A stretch of DNA of 57,380 nucleotides from positions 1-57,380 of the forward strand of contig DVHC01000043.1 in the NCBI GenBank assembly GCA_018712385.1, in the 5' to 3' direction. Numbering within the stretch: position 1 is the stretch's first letter; every line of letters starts with the position of its first letter. Made by a program: the position numbers and the translations under genes. The notes beneath the pieces were generated by a model, which worked only from the letters and a program-made list of their open reading frames with translations, was not told the origin of the DNA and searched no databases. The stretch is from Candidatus Onthousia excrementipullorum (GTDB lineage: Bacteria > Bacillota_I > Bacilli_A > RF39 > UBA660). Shown one piece after another: positions 1-10,063 of this stretch.

Positions 1-66
1 TTTTGCAACTAATTCATCAAATTCATTTGTAAATTCGTTAATATGCTTATCCTCTTCTTTTTTCAT
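1..66 (-). CDS. 5' end (22 codons) of a divergently transcribed gene that runs off the window; product unknown
   Basis: The minus strand has GGAGG (76-80), a 9-nt spacer and ATG (66-64). It then reads MKKEEDKHINEFTNEFDELVAK, open to the window edge. Confidence 0.4.
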   Translation of the reverse strand, partial: MKKEEDKHINEFTNEFDELVAK

Positions 67-202
67 CTCTCTTATCCTCCTATAATTAGGATAACATATT
101 ATAATTTTACCTACAAAAATTTTTTACACCCCTTTGATAGCAATTTAATTGCTATTTTTTCTTTATAATGATATACTTATATCATGATTGAGGTGGGCCT
201 TT

Positions 203-1543
203 ATGAAAAATAAAATATTATTATTGGTATTCTTTTTAGTACTCATGTTAATTCCATCTAATGTTTTTGCAATGAGTAGTAAAGAAGCTGCTAATAAAAT
301 GAATGATTATATAAAAGATGCTCTTTTTAATAATGAATGGAAAATTACAAATAGTAAAAGCAACTCTTCTAACTATTATATAAAAATAAATTTTACTAAT
401 ACTAGTGATAGTACTTTTAAAGAAGTTATAGATAATATACCTACAAAATTGTTTGATGGTAATTCTTTTAAAGTTAATGCTTATTTATTTGATTGCGGTA
501 GTGGAAGTTGTACTAGTGAGGTTAGAAATACAAATTCACATATAACTTTTTATATGGCTAAGAAGTCATCAAGTGATATATATTTATATGCTAGTAGTGT
601 TGCACCTAGTGTATATGAAAAAGTTATTGATGGCGAAGTATGGTATGAAATATATACTAATCAAAAAGGTATTGGTGGAGATGTGACAAAGTCTGGTAAA
701 GGTACATTTTCTAATTCTCAAAAGCATGATGATACTAAAGTTGATAAAACAATGGGTTCTTTAGCTAATCCAAAGATAATAGGTGATATTGGTACTATTG
801 CCCTTCCAGCTAAAAATTCATCTTTTTGGGAGGGAAAAACTGATCAATGCTATTACTTTAAAGTAGATTTTAGTGCATCTAGTTCTAATAATATGGCAAG
901 ATATGAATTATCTCCTGTTACTGATCAATCGTATCAGATAAATTATATAATAGATGGGGAAATAAAAGGTATTGCTTTTAGAGATGCAAAAGATACAAAT
1001 ATATATGGATTAAAAAAAGATAATTTGTATGGTGTTTGTTTGTATTCAACAGCTACGGAAAATAAGTTTTATGGTAAGAATATAACATTTACCTTTAAAG
1101 ATACTGAAAATATTAATGTAAGCAGTTCTGATGCTGATTTGGCAAAGGAACAATTAGGAGAAGGTAGTGTAACTGAAGTTGATACTAATCCTTTCAATGA
1201 TAATAGTACAGAATGGGAGAAAATAAATGGTACGATAAGTTCTAGTGACTTTAATAATCCAGCAATAGGTTGTGATTCTATATTTAGTAATGAAGAAGGA
1301 ACAATAGGCTGGATGCTTAATATTATTTTGAATTATATAAAAATAATTGGACCCATACTAGTTGTATTACTTAGTGCTATTGATTTTATTAAAGCAGTAG
1401 TTGGTACTGATGAGAAGGCTATGAAAGAAGCTCAGTCTAAATTAGTAATTAGATTAGTTGCTGCATTGTGTTTATTCTTAGTTCCTACTTTAGTACAGTT
1501 ACTACTATCATTTATTAATGCTACTGCTTGTACTATAGGATAA
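203..1543 (+). CDS. Secreted T4SS-operon protein with a C-terminal two-helix membrane module resembling a VirB2/TrbC pilin-like domain
   Basis: The ORF track gives 188-1543. ATG 203 is preferred because GAGGTGG lies at 190-196. There is an N-terminal signal peptide (KILLLVFFLVLMLIPSNVFA). The C-terminus has TM1 (IIGPILVVLLSAIDFIKAVVG), a charged loop (TDEKAMKEAQSK) and TM2 (LVIRLVAALCLFLVPTLVQLLL). It is the first gene of the transfer operon. Confidence 0.6.
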   Translation: MKNKILLLVFFLVLMLIPSNVFAMSSKEAANKMNDYIKDALFNNEWKITNSKSNSSNYYIKINFTNTSDSTFKEVIDNIPTKLFDGNSFKVNAYLFDCGSGSCTSEVRNTNSHITFYMAKKSSSDIYLYASSVAPSVYEKVIDGEVWYEIYTNQKGIGGDVTKSGKGTFSNSQKHDDTKVDKTMGSLANPKIIGDIGTIALPAKNSSFWEGKTDQCYYFKVDFSASSSNNMARYELSPVTDQSYQINYIIDGEIKGIAFRDAKDTNIYGLKKDNLYGVCLYSTATENKFYGKNITFTFKDTENINVSSSDADLAKEQLGEGSVTEVDTNPFNDNSTEWEKINGTISSSDFNNPAIGCDSIFSNEEGTIGWMLNIILNYIKIIGPILVVLLSAIDFIKAVVGTDEKAMKEAQSKLVIRLVAALCLFLVPTLVQLLLSFINATACTIG

Positions 1544-1629
1544 TTCTGTAATTGCTATTTATATTTATCTTTGATACAATGATAAATAATGGTTAAAATG
1601 TAATTTATATGAAAGAGAAGTGAAAAAAT

Positions 1630-3684
1630 ATGTGGAGTAGTCCTGGTTTTGTATCACAATTTTTAAGAGGATTTTTTGCTATTCTTGATAGAATTGGATA
1701 TTTCTTTTTAAGTGGAATATTTAATATATTTTTTACTATTGCTAATGCTCAATTTTTTCAGAGTGATGTAATAGATATATTTTATTCTAGGATACAATTG
1801 ATATTGGGAGTTCTTATGATTTTTAGAATATCAATTTCACTTATTCAAATTATTATTAATCCTGATACTTTTAAGGATAAAGAGAAAGGTGCAGGATCTT
1901 TAATTAAGAGGATAGCAGTTATGCTTGTTATGCTTACATTAATTGCTCCTATTAATATTCCTGAAGATCAACTTGAGGGGCATCCTTTGAATCAGCAAAT
2001 TAATACTAATGGTATTTTGTTTGGCTTTTTATATCAGTTTCAAAATAGTGTTGTACAAGATCAAGTTTTGGCAAAATTAATTCTTGGTTATAATGGTAGT
2101 AGTGATAGCCTTGAACTTAACGGAATGGATGCTACGGGTGATATTATTAGTGCTCAAATTGCTAAGGCTTTTATAACCCCGACGTTGAATAGTTCTGTTG
2201 ATGCTGATAATGTAACGAGCGAACAATTAAAAGATAGCGATAATTTAGATGAGTATGTAGCTTGTCCTGACGTTGTTATTAATTATATTGATGATACTGT
2301 TTCAGCTTCAGGTGTACTTGATCATGTTAATGATATTTGTGGTAGTAATGGTGAGACATATGCATTTGAATATACTCCAGTTGGCGGATTAGTTGTTTCT
2401 ATTGTGATGACTGTTATAGTAATTGGATTTACACTTGATATTGCTGTTCGTGCAATTAAACTTGCTATACTGAGGTTGATTGCCCCTGTTCCAATTATTT
2501 CTTATGTTAATCCTGGAGCGGATAAAAACGGACCTTTTGGTAATTGGGTTAAAACCTTAGCTTCGACATATTTAAGCTTATTTATTAGATTAATAATTAT
2601 TTATTTCGGTGTTTATTTAATAATACTTTTAAAAGAAGGGACTTTAATCACTTGGGTTGGTACTTCAAATTTCTTTATTTCTACACTTGCTAATATATTT
2701 ATTATAATTGGTATTTTAGTATTTATGAAAGATGCACCTAAGTTTTTTCAAGATATGTTAGGCATTAAAGGTGATGGTAAACTATTTAGTGGCATTGGTA
2801 CTATGCTAGGTGCTGCTGCTTTAACTGGTGGCCTTGCAGGATCTATTGCTACTAACTATAGGTCTGCTCGTGATGAAGTTTTAGAAGATGGAGGTTCTAA
2901 ACGAAAAGCTAGAGCTATGGGAGCTTTATCAGGTGTTGGTGGTGCTATTGGAGGACTTTTTGCTGGAGGTAAGGCTCTTGCTACAGCAGATAAAAAGCAG
3001 GCAGGTGCAGTATTTTCGGCAATGCAAAAAAGAAATGCTGTAAGGGCATCTGGTGCTAGTTTACCAAGACGTGCTATAACAGGTGCTTCAGCAATGTTTA
3101 CTGGTCAGGCTCCTGGAGCTCATGAAGAACAGCTTTTAGAAGCATATAATAATGTTACTAAAGCGGCTAAGGCACATCAGAAAATGCTAGAAGACGAGGC
3201 TGTTAATGATGGTACTGTTGTAGGTACTGCTAGTAAGTTTGGAAATATTGGTGTTAGTGCGAGTGGAAGAGCAGTAGCTTTGTCTGGTAATTATAAAGAT
3301 ATTGTTAACCGTATAAATCAGGCAAGAGCAGAAGGAAAAAATGATCTTGTACTTGCAAATGGAGATATGTTTAGCCTTGATGACATAAATGAAAATGTTC
3401 TAGAAGATTTGAGAAAAGACCAAGCAAGAAATTATGCTGGTTCTGCAGCTGCTTTAGCTAATGCTAAAGTTCAGGGTACCGCAGAGGAACTTAAATATGC
3501 TGCTGATGCTGCTCAAATGAAGATTGACGTAAATAATTATGATAGTGTTAAGAATGAGGGTATTGGTACTTCTATGAATAATGCTCGTAAAATTAGTACA
3601 AGTACTAAGAGTGCTAGATATAGAGCAGCTGCTAGACATGTTGGTGCACCTCCACCAGGTGGTGGGAAACCTCCTCGTCATTAA
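1630..3684 (+). CDS. VirB6/TrbL-like polytopic membrane protein of a conjugative T4SS
   Basis: 684 aa with multiple hydrophobic segments. It has a long Gly/Ala-rich hydrophilic C-terminal tail ending in GAPPPGGGKPPRH. It sits immediately upstream of the VirB3-like and VirB4 genes, as in Tn916/ICEBs1-type operons. Confidence 0.65.
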   Translation: MWSSPGFVSQFLRGFFAILDRIGYFFLSGIFNIFFTIANAQFFQSDVIDIFYSRIQLILGVLMIFRISISLIQIIINPDTFKDKEKGAGSLIKRIAVMLVMLTLIAPINIPEDQLEGHPLNQQINTNGILFGFLYQFQNSVVQDQVLAKLILGYNGSSDSLELNGMDATGDIISAQIAKAFITPTLNSSVDADNVTSEQLKDSDNLDEYVACPDVVINYIDDTVSASGVLDHVNDICGSNGETYAFEYTPVGGLVVSIVMTVIVIGFTLDIAVRAIKLAILRLIAPVPIISYVNPGADKNGPFGNWVKTLASTYLSLFIRLIIIYFGVYLIILLKEGTLITWVGTSNFFISTLANIFIIIGILVFMKDAPKFFQDMLGIKGDGKLFSGIGTMLGAAALTGGLAGSIATNYRSARDEVLEDGGSKRKARAMGALSGVGGAIGGLFAGGKALATADKKQAGAVFSAMQKRNAVRASGASLPRRAITGASAMFTGQAPGAHEEQLLEAYNNVTKAAKAHQKMLEDEAVNDGTVVGTASKFGNIGVSASGRAVALSGNYKDIVNRINQARAEGKNDLVLANGDMFSLDDINENVLEDLRKDQARNYAGSAAALANAKVQGTAEELKYAADAAQMKIDVNNYDSVKNEGIGTSMNNARKISTSTKSARYRAAARHVGAPPPGGGKPPRH

Positions 3685-3706
3685 TTAATAAGGAGTGTGA
3701 TAATAG

Positions 3707-4033
3707 ATGAATGATAATTATTTGATACCTGCTAATACAAAGAGTGGACAACTTATTCTTGGTTATTTTAAACCTTTTGATTTGATATTGTTAGGAACTG
3801 GTGTTTTGATTACTTTGGTACTTTTAACAATGCTTCCTATGAATTATACATGGCAAGTAATTGTTGTAGTTGCCCCTGGACTACTATGTGCTTTCTTAGT
3901 TATTCCAGTTCCTAATTATCATAATATTTTAACTATAATTATAGAAGCTTATACCTTCTTTACAGGTAGAAGAAGATATATTTGGAAAGGTTGGTGTGTA
4001 AAAGATGTCAAAGATGTCCAAAACAACAAGTAG
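3707..4033 (+). CDS. VirB3-like small membrane protein (PrgI/TcpE-type)
   Basis: 108 aa with two TM segments. The N-terminus (IPANTKSGQLILGYFKPFDLILLGTG) is typical of PrgI-family proteins. It lies directly upstream of VirB4. Confidence 0.6.
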   Translation: MNDNYLIPANTKSGQLILGYFKPFDLILLGTGVLITLVLLTMLPMNYTWQVIVVVAPGLLCAFLVIPVPNYHNILTIIIEAYTFFTGRRRYIWKGWCVKDVKDVQNNK

Positions 4034-4562
4034 TCAGTATACTGAGGATTGGTTGCCTATTACTGGTATTCAGAATGGTTATATAATTTGTGAAGGTAAA
4101 CAAAAAGTTACTGGAGTTAAAATTACTCCTCGTAATATCTTTATTCTTGATCAACAAGCCCAAGATAATGTCTTGATTAGTCTTAAGAACTTTTATAATA
4201 TGATAGATTTTGAGTTTTGGTTAGTTGTTGCAGATAGACCTGTTGATATATCAGTTTATATGTCACAATTACAATTATTATATAACGATGCAGCTTCTCC
4301 TGCTATTCGTAAACTTATTTTACAAGATATAGATAAAGGTAATATGTTTATGAATAATAATATTGTTGATACTGAGTACTTTATTCTATTTAAAGATACT
4401 AGTGAAGATGTACTACAGAAACGTGTTAGAATGCTTATTAATGGTCTTGCAAGCTGTGGACTTAATGCGGCACAAGTAAGTAATGATGACCTTAGAATTA
4501 TTATGGAAAACTTCTTAAATGGAGGAGTTAATACTGAATTTGGGACGGTGATGCCTGTATGA
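4005..4562 (+). CDS. N-terminal domain of the VirB4-family ATPase, encoded as a separate ORF
   Basis: 185 aa. The segment DWLPITGIQNGYIICEGKQKVTGVKITPRNIFILD matches the usual N-terminus of Gram-positive VirB4 (ConE/TcpF/Orf16 type). The stop overlaps the next start in ATGA (4559-4562). Confidence 0.6.
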   Translation: MSKMSKTTSSQYTEDWLPITGIQNGYIICEGKQKVTGVKITPRNIFILDQQAQDNVLISLKNFYNMIDFEFWLVVADRPVDISVYMSQLQLLYNDAASPAIRKLILQDIDKGNMFMNNNIVDTEYFILFKDTSEDVLQKRVRMLINGLASCGLNAAQVSNDDLRIIMENFLNGGVNTEFGTVMPV

Positions 4563-6349
4563 GTATAAGTTTAAAAAGTCAATTAGCTCCAAAAGGACTT
4601 CAATTTAATCCATCTGATTTTAATATTAGTGATAAGTATGCAACTATTTTGTCTGTTATATCTTATCCTAGATATATTTCTCCAGGTTATCTTTCTACAC
4701 TTACATCTATGAGTGGTATTAAAATAGTTATTAAACATATTCCTGTACCATTTAGTACTATGTCTAAGATGATTAATAAACAAGTTGCAGATTTACGTGA
4801 GAAGTATCGTCAAGAACATGACCAAACTGCTAAAGAGAGAATTAGACAGGATGCAGAAAGTCTTGAATCTTTTGTTTCAATGCTTGCTTCTAGTCAGTCT
4901 CGTATCTTTGATTTTCAAATGCATATTATGATAAATGCTGATACTAGAGAAGATTTGGAGTTAAGAAAAGTTAATGTTAAAAACTATTTGGATGCTATGG
5001 AACTTAGAGCAGTATCTTTACGTTTTGAACAAGAGAAAGTCTTGAAAAGTATTTTACCTATATTTCCTAGTCAAGATATAGAAGAGAGAATTGGTACGCC
5101 AATTCCTACTCCAACAATCGCTGCTATGTATCCTTTTATCTTTGATAGTATTAAAGATCCAGGTCTATCAGTATTACTTGGTGTTGACTTTTCTGGAGGA
5201 GTTATTTTGTTTAATCAATTTCTTTATCAAATTAGAAAAGAAAATAATAGAAATAATGCTAATATGATTATACTTGGTACTTCTGGTTCTGGTAAAAGTA
5301 CAGCGGCTAAACTTTTGTTACGTTCTCATATTAGAAATGGTTGTCAGATTGTTGCTATTGACCCTGAGAATGAGCTTGAAGAGATGACTAGAACCTTTGG
5401 AGGAGATACTATTGATATTGGTAAAGGTGGAGAGTATGGTCTTATTAATCCTTTAGAAGTTATTATTGATGCTGATGATGAAGAGATTTCTCAAGGATTA
5501 GGTTATACTGTTTTAACTCGTACTTTACAATCTCTTAGAGCTTTTATGAAGTATTATGATCCATCGATTGAAGAAGATGTCTTAAATATGTTTAGTGAGA
5601 TTGTTCAAGATACGTATAAACGTTTTGGAATAGATTTTAATACTGATTTTTCTAAGTTTACTTCAGCTGATTATCCAACGTTCTCTGATGTATATGCTAC
5701 TATTAGAGGTAGACTTATGGCTTTAACAGAACAAAGTCGTGAGAAAGATATTATTCAAAGATTAGAGCTTAAGATTAGACCTTTGATTAAAGAATTAAAA
5801 TTTTATTTTGATGGTAAAACTACTATAACTGCAGATAGTGATTTTATGGTTTTCAATATAAAAGAGTTTATGAATTCTGATACTAATATTAGAAATGCTT
5901 TATTCTTTAATATCTTGAAATATGCTTGGGGACTTTGTCTTGATTCATCTGTTAATACAATACTTATGGTAGATGAAGCGCATGTATTACTTGGTACTAA
6001 TAATGAACAGGGAGCTGACTTTCTTGCTCAAGTACAAAGACGTGCTCGTAAATATAATACTGGTACAATAATAATTACTCAACAACCTAGTGATTTTTCT
6101 AGTCCTGCTATTATTACACAAGGTAAGGCAATATTTGATAACTCATCATATTATCTAGTTATGGGACTTAGAAAACAAGCAGTGGAAGATTTGTCGTTAT
6201 TAGTTGATTTAAATGAAAATGAGAAAGATAGTATTAAAAGATATTCTCAAGGTGAAGCATTGTTTGTTTGTGGTAATAGACGTATGCGTATTAATATAGT
6301 GGTTACACAAGAAGAATTAGAATCATTTGGAACTGCTGGAGGATTTTAG
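4559..6349 (+). CDS. VirB4-family conjugative transfer ATPase (middle and C-terminal ATPase domains)
   Basis: 596 aa. Walker A is GTSGSGKST and Walker B is ILMVDEAH. The N-terminal APKGLQFNPSDFNISDKYATILSVISYPRYISPGYL segment is typical of the second VirB4 segment. Confidence 0.85.
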   Translation: MSISLKSQLAPKGLQFNPSDFNISDKYATILSVISYPRYISPGYLSTLTSMSGIKIVIKHIPVPFSTMSKMINKQVADLREKYRQEHDQTAKERIRQDAESLESFVSMLASSQSRIFDFQMHIMINADTREDLELRKVNVKNYLDAMELRAVSLRFEQEKVLKSILPIFPSQDIEERIGTPIPTPTIAAMYPFIFDSIKDPGLSVLLGVDFSGGVILFNQFLYQIRKENNRNNANMIILGTSGSGKSTAAKLLLRSHIRNGCQIVAIDPENELEEMTRTFGGDTIDIGKGGEYGLINPLEVIIDADDEEISQGLGYTVLTRTLQSLRAFMKYYDPSIEEDVLNMFSEIVQDTYKRFGIDFNTDFSKFTSADYPTFSDVYATIRGRLMALTEQSREKDIIQRLELKIRPLIKELKFYFDGKTTITADSDFMVFNIKEFMNSDTNIRNALFFNILKYAWGLCLDSSVNTILMVDEAHVLLGTNNEQGADFLAQVQRRARKYNTGTIIITQQPSDFSSPAIITQGKAIFDNSSYYLVMGLRKQAVEDLSLLVDLNENEKDSIKRYSQGEALFVCGNRRMRINIVVTQEELESFGTAGGF

Positions 6350-6363
6350 AGGAGGTATGTTTT

Positions 6364-7998
6364 ATGAAAGGAGATAGAAATATTAGTAAAAGAAGTAAGA
6401 AGTATAGTAAAACTAGATTTCTATCTTCTTTTAAATTATCTTTTTCTAATTATGGGAAACTTGTTTTAATAGGGCTTGTTTTCTCTATTTTTCTTATAGG
6501 GGGAACATATTTATCTAAAAATAATACTTTAAATAATGCTAGTTATGTTGCAGTTACTAATGCTCAAGAAGAGTATTATGCTAGATTAGAGAAAGTCTAT
6601 AATGAATATAAAGCTGATGATAAGGATTTTTCAGAATTAGTTATTACTTCTGCTTTTTCAATAATGCAATCAAATATACCTGATTTCACTTATGATGATA
6701 TGTCAGAAGCTAGGATGAGGGAAGTTGCAGATTTAATGCTTGATGAAGTGGAACATGAAGATGGTACTTATACTTACACTGCTAAAGGTGAAGATGCTGT
6801 TAAAGAGAGTTTAGCTGATTATTTTAAAGGGATTGATTCTAGTTTAGAGGATGTTACTTGTACTAGGATGGCAAATGATGTTTATCAATATGTTGAAGAT
6901 TATTTAGAGTTTATAGGTTCTAAGGAAGATGAGATGGGTGATAGATGTTTATCTACTGGTAATACTCAGGCATCTATTTTCCTTAATATGAGTACTGATG
7001 AATATATTGCTACTATGGGTCCTATTGCTCAAGCTGATTTCAGTAGAAATGATGTTTTTGCTTCTGTTACTCTTGCTCAATCTATAATAGAAAGTGGTTG
7101 GGGTAAATCTGGTTTAACTCAACAAGCGAATAATATGTTTGGTATTAAATGTAGTTCTAATTGGGATGGAGAATGTATAAACATGGAAACTGGTGAATAT
7201 GGTTCTACTGGTTATTATACAACTGATTCTAATTTTAGAAAATACAATAGCATAGAAGATTCTGTTAATGATCATTCCTTGTTTTTAAAAGAAAATCCTA
7301 GGTATCCTAATGCAGGGGTATTTGATGCAACTACTTATCAGGAACAGATAAGAGCGATACATAGTGCTGGTTATGCTACTGATCCTAATTATTCTAGTAC
7401 TATTATTAATACAATTGAAATGTATGATTTGGATAAATGGGATGTTCCTATTAATGTTAGTTCAGATCTTTGTTATACAGGGGAAGGACAATGGACTATA
7501 AGAACAATTGCTCCAAGTTCTTCTGATGTTGCTTTTACAAGAAAAAGTAGTAATAGAGGACAATGCGTTTGGTATGCTCAAGCTCGTGCTTATGAAGTTG
7601 CTTTAGAACTTGCTAGTAAGGGAACTATTACAGATGAGGAGGCAGCTAGTATTGGTGATAAATTATTCTCTATATATGGAGATGCAGGTGTATGGGTAAA
7701 TGCTAGTTCTGGTACTTTTAGAACTAGTACTGATATAAATGATTTACAGGCTGGAGCGATTATATCTTGGACTAAAAGCGGTGGTTATGGCCATGTAGCT
7801 TTTATTGAAGAAGTAACTAGTGATAGTGTTACTATTACTGAAGGTTGGGCTACTAATACTAATAGTTGTCCTAATGATTGGAGTTGTATTAATTTTAGAA
7901 ATAGAACTATGACTCTTGATGAGTTTTATAATAGCTTTGGTCCATATTACAGTGGTAGTTATGACTTTAGTGGATATATTTTTCCACTTGAGGGATAG
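6364..7998 (+). CDS. Bifunctional peptidoglycan hydrolase (N-acetylglucosaminidase domain plus CHAP domain), VirB1 analogue
   Basis: It has an N-terminal TM anchor. The glucosaminidase motif is LAQSIIESGWGKSGLTQQANNMFGIK. The CHAP motifs are GQCVWYAQARA and GHVAFIEEV. Confidence 0.85.
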   Translation: MKGDRNISKRSKKYSKTRFLSSFKLSFSNYGKLVLIGLVFSIFLIGGTYLSKNNTLNNASYVAVTNAQEEYYARLEKVYNEYKADDKDFSELVITSAFSIMQSNIPDFTYDDMSEARMREVADLMLDEVEHEDGTYTYTAKGEDAVKESLADYFKGIDSSLEDVTCTRMANDVYQYVEDYLEFIGSKEDEMGDRCLSTGNTQASIFLNMSTDEYIATMGPIAQADFSRNDVFASVTLAQSIIESGWGKSGLTQQANNMFGIKCSSNWDGECINMETGEYGSTGYYTTDSNFRKYNSIEDSVNDHSLFLKENPRYPNAGVFDATTYQEQIRAIHSAGYATDPNYSSTIINTIEMYDLDKWDVPINVSSDLCYTGEGQWTIRTIAPSSSDVAFTRKSSNRGQCVWYAQARAYEVALELASKGTITDEEAASIGDKLFSIYGDAGVWVNASSGTFRTSTDINDLQAGAIISWTKSGGYGHVAFIEEVTSDSVTITEGWATNTNSCPNDWSCINFRNRTMTLDEFYNSFGPYYSGSYDFSGYIFPLEG

Positions 7999-8007
7999 GA
8001 GAATATT

Positions 8008-8685
8008 ATGAAGAAATTTAAAATATTTGGTTTAATTTGTTGTATATTTCTGTTATCCGGTTGTAGTGCTGAATATAATTTGACTATTAATAATTCTACT
8101 ATGGAAGAAGATATTAATGCTATTTTTGATAAGGCTACAGAAAGTGAACTTGCTAGTAGAATGGAAGGTATTAGAAGAACAGCATTTTATAATTATGATA
8201 CTAGAGAAAATGAATATTATGATTTTACTAAAAGAGAAGATGATAGTAATATAATATTGAATTATAATTATCAATATACTGGAAATGATTTATATAAATC
8301 AGAAGCTGCTAGTATGTGTTATTATAAACGAATTGTAAATGTTACTGATGATATTATTACTATTAGTACTGATAATCAAGTAGCTTGTCTTTATAAAGAT
8401 GGTGATAGAGAGATAGAAGATATTACTGTTAATATCAGAACTGATTTGACGGTTTTAGAAAATAATGCTGATAAAGTTAATAATGGGGTTTATACTTGGT
8501 ATATAAATGATAAAAATTATACTAATAAACCTATTTATATAAAAATAGAAAAAGAAAGATATCAAGAGTCTTTCGTTTCACAAGTTATTTCAATTATTGT
8601 TATTGTTGTAATTGTTGTAATAATTGGAATTTTAATATTTTTTAAAGCACTTAGAAAACGTAGAAAAAATAATAAAATAAGTTAG
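8008..8685 (+). CDS. T4SS-associated lipoprotein with a C-terminal TM anchor (paralog A)
   Basis: The lipobox is LLSGC. The C-terminal TM is followed by the basic tail RKRRKNNKIS. It shares TVNI-TD-V-ENNADKVN-YTW with the ORF at 10064-10762. Confidence 0.7.
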   Translation: MKKFKIFGLICCIFLLSGCSAEYNLTINNSTMEEDINAIFDKATESELASRMEGIRRTAFYNYDTRENEYYDFTKREDDSNIILNYNYQYTGNDLYKSEAASMCYYKRIVNVTDDIITISTDNQVACLYKDGDREIEDITVNIRTDLTVLENNADKVNNGVYTWYINDKNYTNKPIYIKIEKERYQESFVSQVISIIVIVVIVVIIGILIFFKALRKRRKNNKIS

Positions 8686-8725
8686 ATTATTTTGTATAGT
8701 AATTAGATTAAAGGGAGGTGGTAGA

Positions 8726-10060
8726 ATGCCAGAAGAAGTAGAAAACTTAGAAGATGATAATAATGAAGTAAGTGGTCAATCTAATAATAATGCTCATGCT
8801 TCTTCTAGTTCACCTCTTAAAAATAATACTAGTAATGAAAATAACATAATTGATTTTAATAAATATAAGAGTAGAAAAAAAATAGGTAATAATGATAATG
8901 TTAGTAATTCTAGTACTCCTAGTAATAGTGTTAATATACCTAGACGTAGTATGGGGACTAATATAGTTAATAATGCTAAAAGACAGATTGCTAATAGAGC
9001 TTTATCTAGTGTTCCTGTTTTAGGTACTTTAAATAATCTTAATAACATTAGAAAAAGTGTTATGGCTAGAAGAAATGCTAGTCCTACTACTACTGGAGGT
9101 ATTGTTAGTAATAATAGAACTGAAGGTGTTAGTGATGATGGTATTACTAATGATGTAACTAGTAATGATGAGAGTGTTGTATCTAATGAAGAGAATGAGT
9201 CTCGATCTTTAAATCCTTTACATTCTATTTTTGGTTCTAATAATAGATTTTCTTCTAAGTTTAAACTATTTGGAAGAATACCTATTTCAACAAAGATTTT
9301 TGTAGGATTTTTAGGATTTCTTGTTACCTTTTTATTTATCTTTTTAATTCCTATTACTGTTATTGGTTTCTTTAGTGGCTTTTGGGGACTTGATATGACT
9401 GAGACTTCTAGTGGAGGTAGTGGTAATACTTCTTATGGTGACTATTCATTATCTAGTGATGGTCATGAAATATTACATGAGAGTCTAGATACATTTTTAG
9501 AAAGTAAGGGTACTAGTTTAGAAGAGTTTAATAACTTAATAGCTAGTAATGTAGAAGAAGCAGGTTCTGGAACAAGAGCAGGTGTTGTAGCGGCTGCTGT
9601 TACTTTAATTGGTGAACTTGGTAATAATTATGGTGTTAAAATTCCATATTTTTGGGGTGGAGGCCATGGACATATTGCTACAGGGGCGGAAGCTAGTTGG
9701 GGTAGTGGTAGATGTTATACTTATGCTAATGGACAGGCTTATACTTATTGTGGACTTGACTGTTCTGGTTTTGTTACTTGGGCTATTAATAATGGAGGTT
9801 TTTCTATTCCAGTTCAATCTTCTAATACCTTTGTATATTTAGATGGGGCTGAGCGTGTTTCTTTAAGTAGTAGTGCTGTTTTACAAGCTGGTGATTTATT
9901 AGCGACAAGTGGACATATTATATTAATTGTTGGGGTTGATGATAATGGTTATATCTGTGCAGAAGCGGCTGGTAATGAGACAGGAGTATTGTTTTCTAGA
10001 AAATCTTTTGATGCTTCTGGTTACTATGGAATTGATATGAGTGGTTTCTATGGAGGATAG
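8726..10060 (+). CDS. NlpC/P60-family cell-wall endopeptidase with an Asn/Ser-rich N-terminal region and a TM segment
   Basis: The RBS is GGGAGGTGG. The low-complexity N-terminus is about 190 aa and is followed by a TM segment (IFVGFLGFLVTFLFIFLIPITVIGFF). The C-terminal catalytic motifs are GLDCSGFVTWA and GHIILIVG. Confidence 0.75.
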   Translation: MPEEVENLEDDNNEVSGQSNNNAHASSSSPLKNNTSNENNIIDFNKYKSRKKIGNNDNVSNSSTPSNSVNIPRRSMGTNIVNNAKRQIANRALSSVPVLGTLNNLNNIRKSVMARRNASPTTTGGIVSNNRTEGVSDDGITNDVTSNDESVVSNEENESRSLNPLHSIFGSNNRFSSKFKLFGRIPISTKIFVGFLGFLVTFLFIFLIPITVIGFFSGFWGLDMTETSSGGSGNTSYGDYSLSSDGHEILHESLDTFLESKGTSLEEFNNLIASNVEEAGSGTRAGVVAAAVTLIGELGNNYGVKIPYFWGGGHGHIATGAEASWGSGRCYTYANGQAYTYCGLDCSGFVTWAINNGGFSIPVQSSNTFVYLDGAERVSLSSSAVLQAGDLLATSGHIILIVGVDDNGYICAEAAGNETGVLFSRKSFDASGYYGIDMSGFYGG

Positions 10061-10063
10061 GCT

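Noticed and set aside
137-160. Terminator-like hairpin (ATAGCAAT-TTA-ATTGCTAT plus a T-run) in the divergent region upstream of the transfer operon
   Set aside because: It could be an attenuator or an operator. However, several overlapping TATAAT-like boxes make promoter placement ambiguous, and AT-only stems of this kind are common here. The evidence is too weak to call.
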